Below are positions 19,865-27,625 of a DNA stretch of 35,158 nucleotides, in pieces. Both the position numbers and the translations under genes were made by a program. The notes beneath the pieces were generated by a model that was not told where the DNA came from, did not search any database, and saw only the letters and a list, made by a program, of their open reading frames with translations. The stretch lies in the sequence record SRR22947727_1910. One strand, 5' to 3'. Numbering within the stretch: the stretch's first letter is position 1; the number at the start of each line of letters is the position of its first letter.

Positions 19865-19892
19865 CAAATCAATAGGGTATGTTCGGTAGAGC
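19787..19892 (+). repeat. Tandem array of four repeat halves (locus C), two 54-bp-period units
   Basis: AAYAGGG cores at 19795, 19817, 19849 and 19871 (spacing 22, 32, 22); both units end in AGAGC. Confidence 0.85.
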
Positions 19893-20024
19893 CTGCGGCA
19901 GAGTTCGATTTTGGTAAAATGAAATCGCTGATGGATAAATGGGAAGGGAAACTTTCTATTTTAGGCTAAGAAACCCGAGTGACCGGACGTGAATCTGATT
20001 GCTGAGATTTCAAACCGAAATTTT

Positions 20025-20710
20025 ATGACGAACCTTTTTTCTCTATTTTCTGTGTGTGCCTGCTTGTCGCGGGGAATTTTGCTCTGGCACAAGACAAGGA
20101 TGACAAGGCATTGGTAGCGAAACCTGTGGAAAAATATGGCAAAGAAAAACTCGGGGAAAAGGAGAGTTCTGAGAAAAAGAAGTCGGATAAAAAAACTGAG
20201 GAATCAGATAAGGAGCGCGCCGAAAAAAGCGGCAGCGAAGGGGACGGAAAGAAAAAGGAGGGAATGGACCGTCTGAGCGAACTGTTCACAAAAGCCTGGG
20301 AACCGGGAGTGAAACTTCCCAGCGAGGAATATTCCGAGTTTCTGAAACTGCTCCCGCTGATGCTTCCGGGGAAATATTTTCTCGGCGACGATCTGGAATG
20401 GCGGCTACTTTTTCGGGATGCTGAAGATTCCGGCAACGATATGGTGACGGTAAATTTGTCGAAAAAAGGGTCGGATCCGTATGCCAGAGATATGTTTTTC
20501 CAGCTCAATTACAAAACGAATTTCAAAGAAGGCACCGGTAACAAGGATTTCGAAGGTTATCACCCGATGGCCCTTCCCGGGGTTCATCAAATGGTGCTGA
20601 TTGGCCATCTCGAAATCCGTGCGGTGGCCGCCGCTGACTTTTACAAGAGTCAGGGAAGAATTGAAGACGTGCTGAAAGCATTTCCACTCAAGAAAATTGA
20701 GAAGCTCTGA
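20025..20710 (+). CDS. Exported hypothetical protein with K/E-rich N-terminal linker; apparent frameshift in T6
   Basis: ORF 20054..20710 starts inside a signal peptide. One more T in 20035-20040 links ATG 20025 (MTNLFFSIFCVCLLVAGNFALAQ). Confidence 0.6.
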
Positions 20711-20969
20711 TTTTTTAAGAAAGAAACGCCACCACCGATTGTCAAAAAATCATGCAGGTCGAAATTTTCACGCTTTGCGATGCCGCTACCGTCTGTAGTG
20801 GGAAATTGAATATTCCAGGAACTTTTGACCGGCTCTCTTTTGCGAAATTCCCCAACGAATCCGGGGCTTTCGCCATCGCGACCAAAGTGCGTTGCTAGCC
20901 GGAAGAAATCGGACGCGGAATGAACGTGAATGCTGCAAAGATGCAGGTAAAAGCGATCCGCGATTTCAT
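20711..20969 (-). pseudogene. Possible remnant of an exported or outer-membrane protein gene
   Basis: ATG 20969 reads a signal-like MKSRIAFTCIFAAFTF then stops; another frame contains FLTIGGGVSF, resembling a beta-barrel terminal strand. Confidence 0.25.
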
Positions 20970-21081
20970 GCTGAAATCCTATCGGGAAATGGAGTAGAGG
21001 GCAAGCGCCCTCGGAAAAACCAGCGGTTGCCGTCATCGTGATCTTCCCTTACCATCCGCACCCAATTTTAAGCGAAATACG

Positions 21082-22443
21082 ATGCCAACGGTTTACCTCA
21101 GAACATACGGATGCCAGATGAACGAACGCGACTCGGAACAGGTCGCGCAGATGTTCGTCGAGCGCGGTTTTACGATGACGCCCAAGGCAGATGGCGCAGA
21201 TGTGATTCTAATGAACACCTGCTCGGTTCGGGATCAGGCGGAGCAAAAAGCCCTTGGAAATATGGGCCAAATGGGAAAGCTTCAGCGCAAGCGTCCCAAT
21301 ATCGTTTATGGCCTGATGGGTTGCATGGCGCAGAGCCGTGGTGAGGATTTGTTGAAGCAGGTGCCGCACCTCGATTTGGTGGCGGGAACGCAGAAATATC
21401 ACCGTGTGGTTGATAACGTGGTCGAAATCATGCGGAAAAAGGAGGAGTCTATCATGGACGATCTCCGCGTGCCGATTGTTGATATTGAGGAAGAAGAGGA
21501 ATCCCAAAACACAATCCGCGACCATGTCGACAAGGATTATGGGGTGAAGGAATTCGTCAGCATCATGCAGGGCTGCAACATGAAATGCACTTTCTGCATT
21601 GTGCCTTACACGCGCGGAGCGGAGCGCAGTCGCCCGATTTCTGAAATCATTGATGAGTGCAAGCGGCTCGCGGACAATGGCGTTCGTGAGGTGACGCTTC
21701 TCGGACAAACCGTGAATCTTTTCGGTCGTCACGAGTTTGATACAATCGGCGACAAAGGTCCATTCGTGCAACTTTTGGAGCAAATTTCCGAAATCGATGG
21801 AATTAAGCGAATTCGTTTCACATCGCCGCATCCGATTGGTTACAAGCAGGATTTGATCAACGCATTCATCGAATTGCCCAAGCTGGCGAGTCACGTTCAT
21901 TTTCCACTGCAGAGTGGTTCAGACCGAATTTTAAAGCGGATGCACCGGCCCTACAAGGCGGAGAAATTCATCGAAATCTGCGAAAAGATGAAGGCGGCCC
22001 GCCCTGGAATTGCAATTTCGACTGACATCATCGTCGGCTTTCCCGGGGAGACCGAAGAAGATTATTTGGAGTCGAAAAAGGTCGTTGAACGCATTCAGTT
22101 TGATCAGGCATTTATTTTCCGCTATTCACCGCGCAAAGATACGCCAGCCGCAGAATTGGACGAGCAGCTTCCCGAGCGTGTCAAAGAAGAGCGGAATCAG
22201 GATTTACTGAAATTGGTCAATTCAATTGTAGCGCGAAAGAACGACGAACACATCGGCAAAACCGTCGAAGTTCTCTGCGAAGGTCCGAGCCGTTACAACG
22301 AGGAAACGCTTTGCGGGCGGACTGGCACCAACCGCATCGTGATTTTCGATGGAGATGCCAAACGCATGGCGGGCCAGCTTTTTGATGTGAAGATCAAAGA
22401 ATCGACTGGGCACACGCTGTATGGCGATCCGGTTTTGAGCTGA
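21082..22443 (+). CDS. miaB: tRNA-i6A37 methylthiotransferase MiaB
   Basis: TYGCQMNERDSE, NTCSVR, radical SAM CNMKCTFC, DIIVGFPGETEE, C-terminal TRAM domain. Confidence 0.97.
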   Translation: MPTVYLRTYGCQMNERDSEQVAQMFVERGFTMTPKADGADVILMNTCSVRDQAEQKALGNMGQMGKLQRKRPNIVYGLMGCMAQSRGEDLLKQVPHLDLVAGTQKYHRVVDNVVEIMRKKEESIMDDLRVPIVDIEEEEESQNTIRDHVDKDYGVKEFVSIMQGCNMKCTFCIVPYTRGAERSRPISEIIDECKRLADNGVREVTLLGQTVNLFGRHEFDTIGDKGPFVQLLEQISEIDGIKRIRFTSPHPIGYKQDLINAFIELPKLASHVHFPLQSGSDRILKRMHRPYKAEKFIEICEKMKAARPGIAISTDIIVGFPGETEEDYLESKKVVERIQFDQAFIFRYSPRKDTPAAELDEQLPERVKEERNQDLLKLVNSIVARKNDEHIGKTVEVLCEGPSRYNEETLCGRTGTNRIVIFDGDAKRMAGQLFDVKIKESTGHTLYGDPVLS

Positions 22444-22634
22444 GCTCCTCATAAAATCGATCGCATCATAAGCTGCTCAATACAAATACATTACGATAAA
22501 CCCCTCCCCTTTTCTTTGCCTTAGCCATCCTTCATTTCAGGGATGGGGCGGATGGAAGGCTGCTGGTTCTCTTAGTGGGGTTTGGAAAAATTCGTTTTTT
22601 TGCAAACTTTGTTTCAAAATAGGGGGTTACTAAG

Positions 22635-22664
22635 TTGGAGTTTATGTATTAGTCAGGGTATAAT
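22635..22664 (+). promoter_or_regulatory. Candidate sigma70 promoter
   Basis: TTGgag (22635)-N18-TATAAT (22659-22664), about 160 nt before ATG 22823. Confidence 0.45.
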
Positions 22665-22822
22665 CCTTACATTCCCACCAAAACATTCCGATGGATTGGG
22701 GTGAAAATCGAATTTCATCCCTCCAGCTGAGGTAGCGTTCTTCAATTTCGCTGCACGAAGCATCGGAATGGGTGATTCGATGGGGATTCAGTCTGATTAG
22801 CACTTCAAATCATTTAAAAATC

Positions 22823-23641
22823 ATGGTCCTGAATAAATCTAAATATAGCTCACTTTGTATGGCGGTCTTAGCTCTGGTCTCCGGCGCGCAGCAGTTGGTG
22901 GTGGCTCAGCAAAATGGGGGCATTGATTTTAATTCGGGAGGCACCAGGGAGGCACTAATTATCCCTCCAAAGAGAGTCTCGGCCGATCAGTTATCCGGAA
23001 AGATGGTGGATTCAAAACAAATGGCATACGAGCTGATATACACTCGAGAGGCCAATGCGCCCAGGCCGGGGGAGCTAGCTCCGGATTTTGAATTGGTTAC
23101 GGCGGACGGGGATCGCACCGTAAAACTTTCAGATCTAATAAAAACCAAGCCAGTCGTTCTCGTTATGTCCAGTTGGGGATGCGACGTATTTCGCGAGTCG
23201 CTGGCGGGGCTTCAGCAATTATATAGCCGGTATTCCGATGACGCTCATTTTGTGATGGTTTACATTCGCGAAGTTCACGCAAAAGGGGGCTTTGCAAGTG
23301 GTCTGGGTCGCGTCCCGGATGCAAAGAATATTGAAGAGCGGAAGTTGCATGCGCAGAGATGTCGCAAACAACTACGACTTCCGTTTTTGTATCTGGTTGA
23401 TGAAATGACCGACCCCGTTGCAACCCGATGGTCGGCATGGCCGGTCAGAGCATTTATTGTCGAAAAAGACAACACCGTCATCTATGCCGGATCTCAGGGC
23501 CCGTGGGGGTATCGGCCGTATCAAGGATTTTTGCACGGAGACGGAGCGCCTATGAAATTTGATATTGAATTTAATTCTCAATCAATTGAGGAATTGCTTG
23601 AAGAGCGTTTTCCGAAAAATGTTTCAGAGCCCCGTAATTAG
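22823..23641 (+). CDS. Exported iodothyronine deiodinase-like (thioredoxin-fold) protein, Cys form
   Basis: APDFEL, KPVVLVMSSWGCDVF, FVMVYIREVH, LVDEM, WSAWPVRAF, IYAGSQGPWGY follow the deiodinase motif order. Confidence 0.8.
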   Translation: MVLNKSKYSSLCMAVLALVSGAQQLVVAQQNGGIDFNSGGTREALIIPPKRVSADQLSGKMVDSKQMAYELIYTREANAPRPGELAPDFELVTADGDRTVKLSDLIKTKPVVLVMSSWGCDVFRESLAGLQQLYSRYSDDAHFVMVYIREVHAKGGFASGLGRVPDAKNIEERKLHAQRCRKQLRLPFLYLVDEMTDPVATRWSAWPVRAFIVEKDNTVIYAGSQGPWGYRPYQGFLHGDGAPMKFDIEFNSQSIEELLEERFPKNVSEPRN

Positions 23642-23750
23642 TTGCAGAGATAGGGGTAATTCAAAATTGGGTCAGTTCAGCCATGGCCCAAAACCATTAA
23701 GATGGCGTTGATTTTGAGAGCTGAAATTTCGCGTAACTCGTTCAAATAAA

Positions 23751-24468
23751 ATGAATAGCTAGCAGCCTAAATACATTTTTTTGGGGAATGATGATTCCGG
23801 TGATTGCCATCTCATCCAGTAGCAATGCTCAGGAATCCGAGGAAAAACCGGCGAGCTCGAGTGGATTACCATTGCAACCGGTACTTTCAAAACGGGTCAC
23901 GGTAGATCAGTTTAGTGGGAAAAAGATACCGTCGAATCGGGAAGGGCTTGCAGTTATCGAAGCGCGAGAGGCCAATGCTCCGCGTCCTGGTGAACCCGCG
24001 CCGGATTTCAGTCTCCTGACCGCAGATGGCGATCGGCGAGTCAGATTACACGATTTGATCAAGACTAAGCCGGTTGTTTTGGTGTATGCCAGTTGGGGGT
24101 GTGATGTTTTCCGGGAATCACTTGCTGGACTTCAGGAGCTCCACACTCGTTATTCGAAAGACGCTCATTTTGTGTTGGTCTATGTTCGTGAGGCTCATTC
24201 ACGTGATGGTGACGAGAACCGAGCACTCGCGAGAGAGGTCGATGAAATCGAAGATCCGGTGGCGACTCAATGGTCAGGGTAGCCGGTCAGGGCATTTGTG
24301 GTGGACACGAATACCCAAGTAATTTATGCGGGAGGCCAGGGGTCATTTGCCTACCGGCCTTATCGAGGATTTACTCAAGGGAATGGAGAGCTTTATGGAT
24401 TGGATGGGTTATTCAATCAGCAGTCTTTGGAGGAGTTCCTTGAACTTCGCTTTCCTAAGCAAAAATAG
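23751..24468 (+). pseudogene. Decayed paralogue of the deiodinase-like gene
   Basis: In-frame TAG at 24280-24282 where the paralogue has Trp; homology continues to TAG 24466-24468; about 26 aa missing after REAH; the probable original ATG 23751 is followed by a TAG and a frameshift. Confidence 0.85.
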
Positions 24469-24586
24469 GGCAAACTGAGAAGTTGATTTACTTTAAGGTT
24501 TTTGACGAGTGAGGCATTCCGTTTGAGGGGGATCCGCCCTTGAATTGATCGCCTTTTGCCCCACTGTTTCCTCCTTACCCCTGCAC

Positions 24587-25189
24587 ATGGACGCCTTTTA
24601 CGAACTGTTATATCGCCCCGGACTCGACCTCAAACTGGTAGGGATCGTCATCGGCGCCTGGCTGATTTTATCTCATGGGTATGCGCTCATGAATTTTGAA
24701 AAACTGAAGCCAGTTCTCGAAAAATTCCCCCGGAATTACAATGTCGGCGTGCCGTTGCTGGTGATTGCCTTCATTTGGACCTTTATGGTATGGAGCTCAA
24801 TGGACCTCGGAGAATTCTGGAAAATGGAGAAAGCGGTTCAGGTCATTCTCGTTGTCGGATGTTTCGCGATGGCGTTCTATGTTAAAGACTTCATTTCCGT
24901 TCGCGCAGTGGGATTCCTCATGATTTTGGCCGCTGCTCCGATGCTGATTTCCGCTTTTCAACAGCCGCCGATTACTCGTTTGCTTCTGGTGTTCATCGCT
25001 TACGTAATGATCGTGAAGGGCATGTTTTGGGTCGGTAAACCCTATCTTATGCGCGATCAGATCGCCTGGGTTGTGGCAGACAAAAAGCGCTGGCAAATCG
25101 CCTGCGGAGCGGGTTTAGCCTACGGAATAGTTATGCTGATCTGTGCTCTGCTTTTCTGGGGCAAAGCCGTTGCGGCACCAATCACGTAA
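24587..25189 (+). CDS. Hypothetical integral membrane protein (about 6 TM)
   Basis: 200 aa with multiple hydrophobic helices; ATG 24587. Confidence 0.75.
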   Translation: MDAFYELLYRPGLDLKLVGIVIGAWLILSHGYALMNFEKLKPVLEKFPRNYNVGVPLLVIAFIWTFMVWSSMDLGEFWKMEKAVQVILVVGCFAMAFYVKDFISVRAVGFLMILAAAPMLISAFQQPPITRLLLVFIAYVMIVKGMFWVGKPYLMRDQIAWVVADKKRWQIACGAGLAYGIVMLICALLFWGKAVAAPIT

Positions 25190-25193
25190 TTCG

Positions 25194-25217
25194 GAGGCGC
25201 TAAAATTTGCGCCTTTA
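25194..25217 (+). terminator. Possible terminator hairpin between convergent genes
   Basis: aggcgc-taaaattt-gcgcct followed by a short T run, just after stop 25189. Confidence 0.35.
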
Positions 25218-25228
25218 GTGCTAATCAC

Positions 25229-25278
25229 TTTTCACGATCCAACAGGGTCCGTTTATCGAACTTACCCTATTCGATCGT
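25229..25278. repeat. Palindromic REP-like doublet (locus D)
   Basis: ttttcacgatccAACAGGGtccgttt-ATC-gaacttaCCCTATTcgatcgt between convergent genes. Confidence 0.85.
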
Positions 25279-25287
25279 TAAAAGTCT

Positions 25288-27081
25288 TTACCGAAAAATA
25301 GTTGGCGCAAGCCATAATCCCCAATCGACTGCGTTTCCGTCGCCGCCATCTTCGGTGATCAGTTTGAGCTCCTTCACGCCGTTCAGATCAATCTCGAATC
25401 GGTGTGTCACGCCCGGTTCCGTTTTCGGAGAACGGTAGATTTCCTTCCCGTCAGCGTTGATCACAAAGACAACGCTGCCTCCCCGCTGATTTGGAAGCCC
25501 ACACTTTCCTGTCAGGTGTTTCCAATTTGATCCGTCTGGAAATTTATAAACGTGACGAGCGTCGGCGTGAGCGTAAATTCCGGTTTCGAACAACTCGCCG
25601 CCAGAAATAATGACCGGCTCACCAGAGCGCGGTAAATGATCGTAGGCCGGATTTTGCCAACCGACGGTGGCTTCTTCTGGCGTTATTTGTGAAAGAGGAA
25701 ATGACGTTAGGTCGGCTGAAATCGATGCAATCGCGGTGGTTTTCCGATTTTGATTCATCCCGCGGAGAATGTTTGTTGCAATAATTTTTGCCTGTCCATT
25801 TTCCGGAAGTGCTTCGGCGATTTTCTTGGCTCCGACAAAATTTCGAGCTTTCAAATTTGAAACAAATTCATCCAACTCCGCTGACGATTTCATCAGCGAG
25901 ATATCGAGTTTGGTATTCTTCATCCGGTAACTGGAACGCCACGTTGAAGTCGCTCCATTGGCCAAAAGAGCAACCACTCGAATATCTGAAACTGCTTTGC
26001 CGCGCTGAAGTGGCCAGCAGTCGAGCGTGAAACTCCCATCACTATCCGGCACCGCGCAGACTGTCCGCGAATCGTAATCACCGCCGCCTTCTGGATCGAG
26101 ATAGGCAACCACGGCATAGACTGGAATTTGGCTTTCGACCGTGCCGGAAAAAGAAAAATGATCGTCAGTTTCGGCAACTGCAACGTTCGAGAACTCAGCT
26201 TTCGCGGGAAGGTTCATTCCTTTCACTGAACCCGAAAATTGAGGGTGTGAAGCGAGACGGAGCGCGTGAGCCAAGGTGATAAACGAGCCTTTCCCTTCAC
26301 CTCGAAGTTCATTGAAATACGTTCGGTTTCCCGATCCCATCAATGCCGTTCCATGGGCTTCTTTTTCATCAGAACGTTCGCGGCAGTGAGGCAATCCCAG
26401 ACCATGGCCGAGCTCGTGCGCGATTCCGCCAATAAAGATCGAGTTGTGTCTTCCCAGCGAAATTTTGCCGTATTCGCCATCGGTGATGATGGGCTCTTTT
26501 AACGCGAGATTGGGCGTGTCGAGCTCAGGAGAGTCAAGTTGCCATGCGAGGCCTTGCTGGTTATTCCCACGGGCGTAATAAGGGCTTTTGTGTTTGAATG
26601 TGTTTTTCTCGGGATCCCAATCGGACAGGTTTGTGAAAATCAGGACCGTTTCGCGATCAGGATTTAGGCCCGCTTTTTTTAACACCGGCCAGCAATCTTT
26701 GCGGACTCGCTCACCTTCCGGCTTTTTATAATCAGCGAAGTCGGCCGAACCAACGGCATGATAAATTTTGAGAAGTTTGTCGTCATCATAATTCAGCTGG
26801 ATGGAACGACGCCCAAATCCGTTTCGCTCAAGTTCGTCAGCATAGAACTTTTGAATGTGCTTCATGATTCGCGTGAGCCGTTCGCGATGATCTGGAGCGA
26901 ATGGGCGATCGAGCGGTCTCCAACAAATCACGTGCAACGAACGATTCCCCGGTTCCTGATTATCGGCATGATAGGCGTCGAGGATTTTTCGCGCGGCAGC
27001 TGCGTTGGAGGCTTCATCTTGTGAAAATCCAAGGGGAGGAATGATGAAAGCGAGCGCGAATAATGTTAGGTAACGAATCAT
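25288..27081 (-). CDS. Secreted metzincin-type metallopeptidase with C-terminal NPCBM/NEW2 domain
   Basis: Signal peptide from ATG 27081; HELGHGLGLPH plus ALMG Met-turn; C-terminal GIYAHA...GSVVFVINADG...DGGDGNAVDW. Confidence 0.88.
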   Translation of the reverse strand: MIRYLTLFALAFIIPPLGFSQDEASNAAAARKILDAYHADNQEPGNRSLHVICWRPLDRPFAPDHRERLTRIMKHIQKFYADELERNGFGRRSIQLNYDDDKLLKIYHAVGSADFADYKKPEGERVRKDCWPVLKKAGLNPDRETVLIFTNLSDWDPEKNTFKHKSPYYARGNNQQGLAWQLDSPELDTPNLALKEPIITDGEYGKISLGRHNSIFIGGIAHELGHGLGLPHCRERSDEKEAHGTALMGSGNRTYFNELRGEGKGSFITLAHALRLASHPQFSGSVKGMNLPAKAEFSNVAVAETDDHFSFSGTVESQIPVYAVVAYLDPEGGGDYDSRTVCAVPDSDGSFTLDCWPLQRGKAVSDIRVVALLANGATSTWRSSYRMKNTKLDISLMKSSAELDEFVSNLKARNFVGAKKIAEALPENGQAKIIATNILRGMNQNRKTTAIASISADLTSFPLSQITPEEATVGWQNPAYDHLPRSGEPVIISGGELFETGIYAHADARHVYKFPDGSNWKHLTGKCGLPNQRGGSVVFVINADGKEIYRSPKTEPGVTHRFEIDLNGVKELKLITEDGGDGNAVDWGLWLAPTIFR

Positions 27082-27159
27082 GGTCGGAATAAAAATGGTC
27101 GCCGAATGGCGGGTCGAATCAAGCGGCGAAGGGGCCATTTGTGTCATGGATAGTTTTAG

Positions 27160-27222
27160 GTGCGAAATTTTTAGCACTTATTTTCTTGACCAAATTCAGG
27201 GGACGTGCGAAAAAATTAGCAT
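27160..27222. promoter_or_regulatory. Twin 18-bp palindromic operators flanking a TTGACC -35 (putative BlaI sites)
   Basis: GTGCGAAATTTTTAGCAC (27160-27177) and GTGCGAAAAAATTAGCAT (27205-27222); TTGACC at 27186. Confidence 0.75.
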
Positions 27223-27613
27223 GGCAACGATAAAGTCCGAAGAGGAGTCGAAATTCAGCCGACGAGAAGGCGAGGTGATGGAGGTTCTTTTTCGAAAGGG
27301 TTCGGCAACTGCGCGCGAAGTGTGGACAGCGCTCGGCGAAACGCGGACGTATTCGACGGTGCGAAAGCTCCTCAGTATTCTCGAAGAAAAAGGCCATGTG
27401 ACTCACAAATCGGAAGGGGCCGCATTTGTCTATTCACCCAAAATTGAAAAGAAGGCCGCAGCTTCGACGGCGATGGGGAAACTGGTCGAAACCTTTTTTC
27501 AGGGCTCGGTCGCGGGTGCTGTTTCAAGTTTACTCGGTGAGAAAGGCCACAAGCTTTCGCCCGAAGAACTTGATCGCATTGGCAAATTAATCGAAGACGC
27601 AAAGGGAAAATAA
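27221..27613 (+). CDS. BlaI/MecI/CopY family repressor
   Basis: SRREGEVMEVL, TYSTVRKLLSILEEKG, FVYSP, TFFQGS, LSPEEL. Confidence 0.95.
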   Translation: MATIKSEEESKFSRREGEVMEVLFRKGSATAREVWTALGETRTYSTVRKLLSILEEKGHVTHKSEGAAFVYSPKIEKKAAASTAMGKLVETFFQGSVAGAVSSLLGEKGHKLSPEELDRIGKLIEDAKGK

Positions 27614-27625
27614 ACCAAACAGCAA

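Noticed and set aside
19787-19892. CRISPR array
   Set aside because: Repeats are degenerate, spacing is 22/32 bp with no unique spacers, and no cas genes are present.
23180-23182. Selenocysteine in the deiodinase-like genes
   Set aside because: The catalytic-position codons are TGC and TGT, not TGA.
23641-23680. Further repeat halves (gatagggg, aattgggtcagttc); also weak cores at 22618, 24464, 9701 and 248
   Set aside because: Too short or degenerate and lacking the 22/32 spacing; could be chance.
24280-24282. In-frame TAG as pyrrolysine or programmed readthrough
   Set aside because: It aligns to Trp (TGG to TAG) in the paralogue, and the gene has other lesions (about 26-aa deletion, damaged N-terminus). 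Pseudogenisation is simpler.
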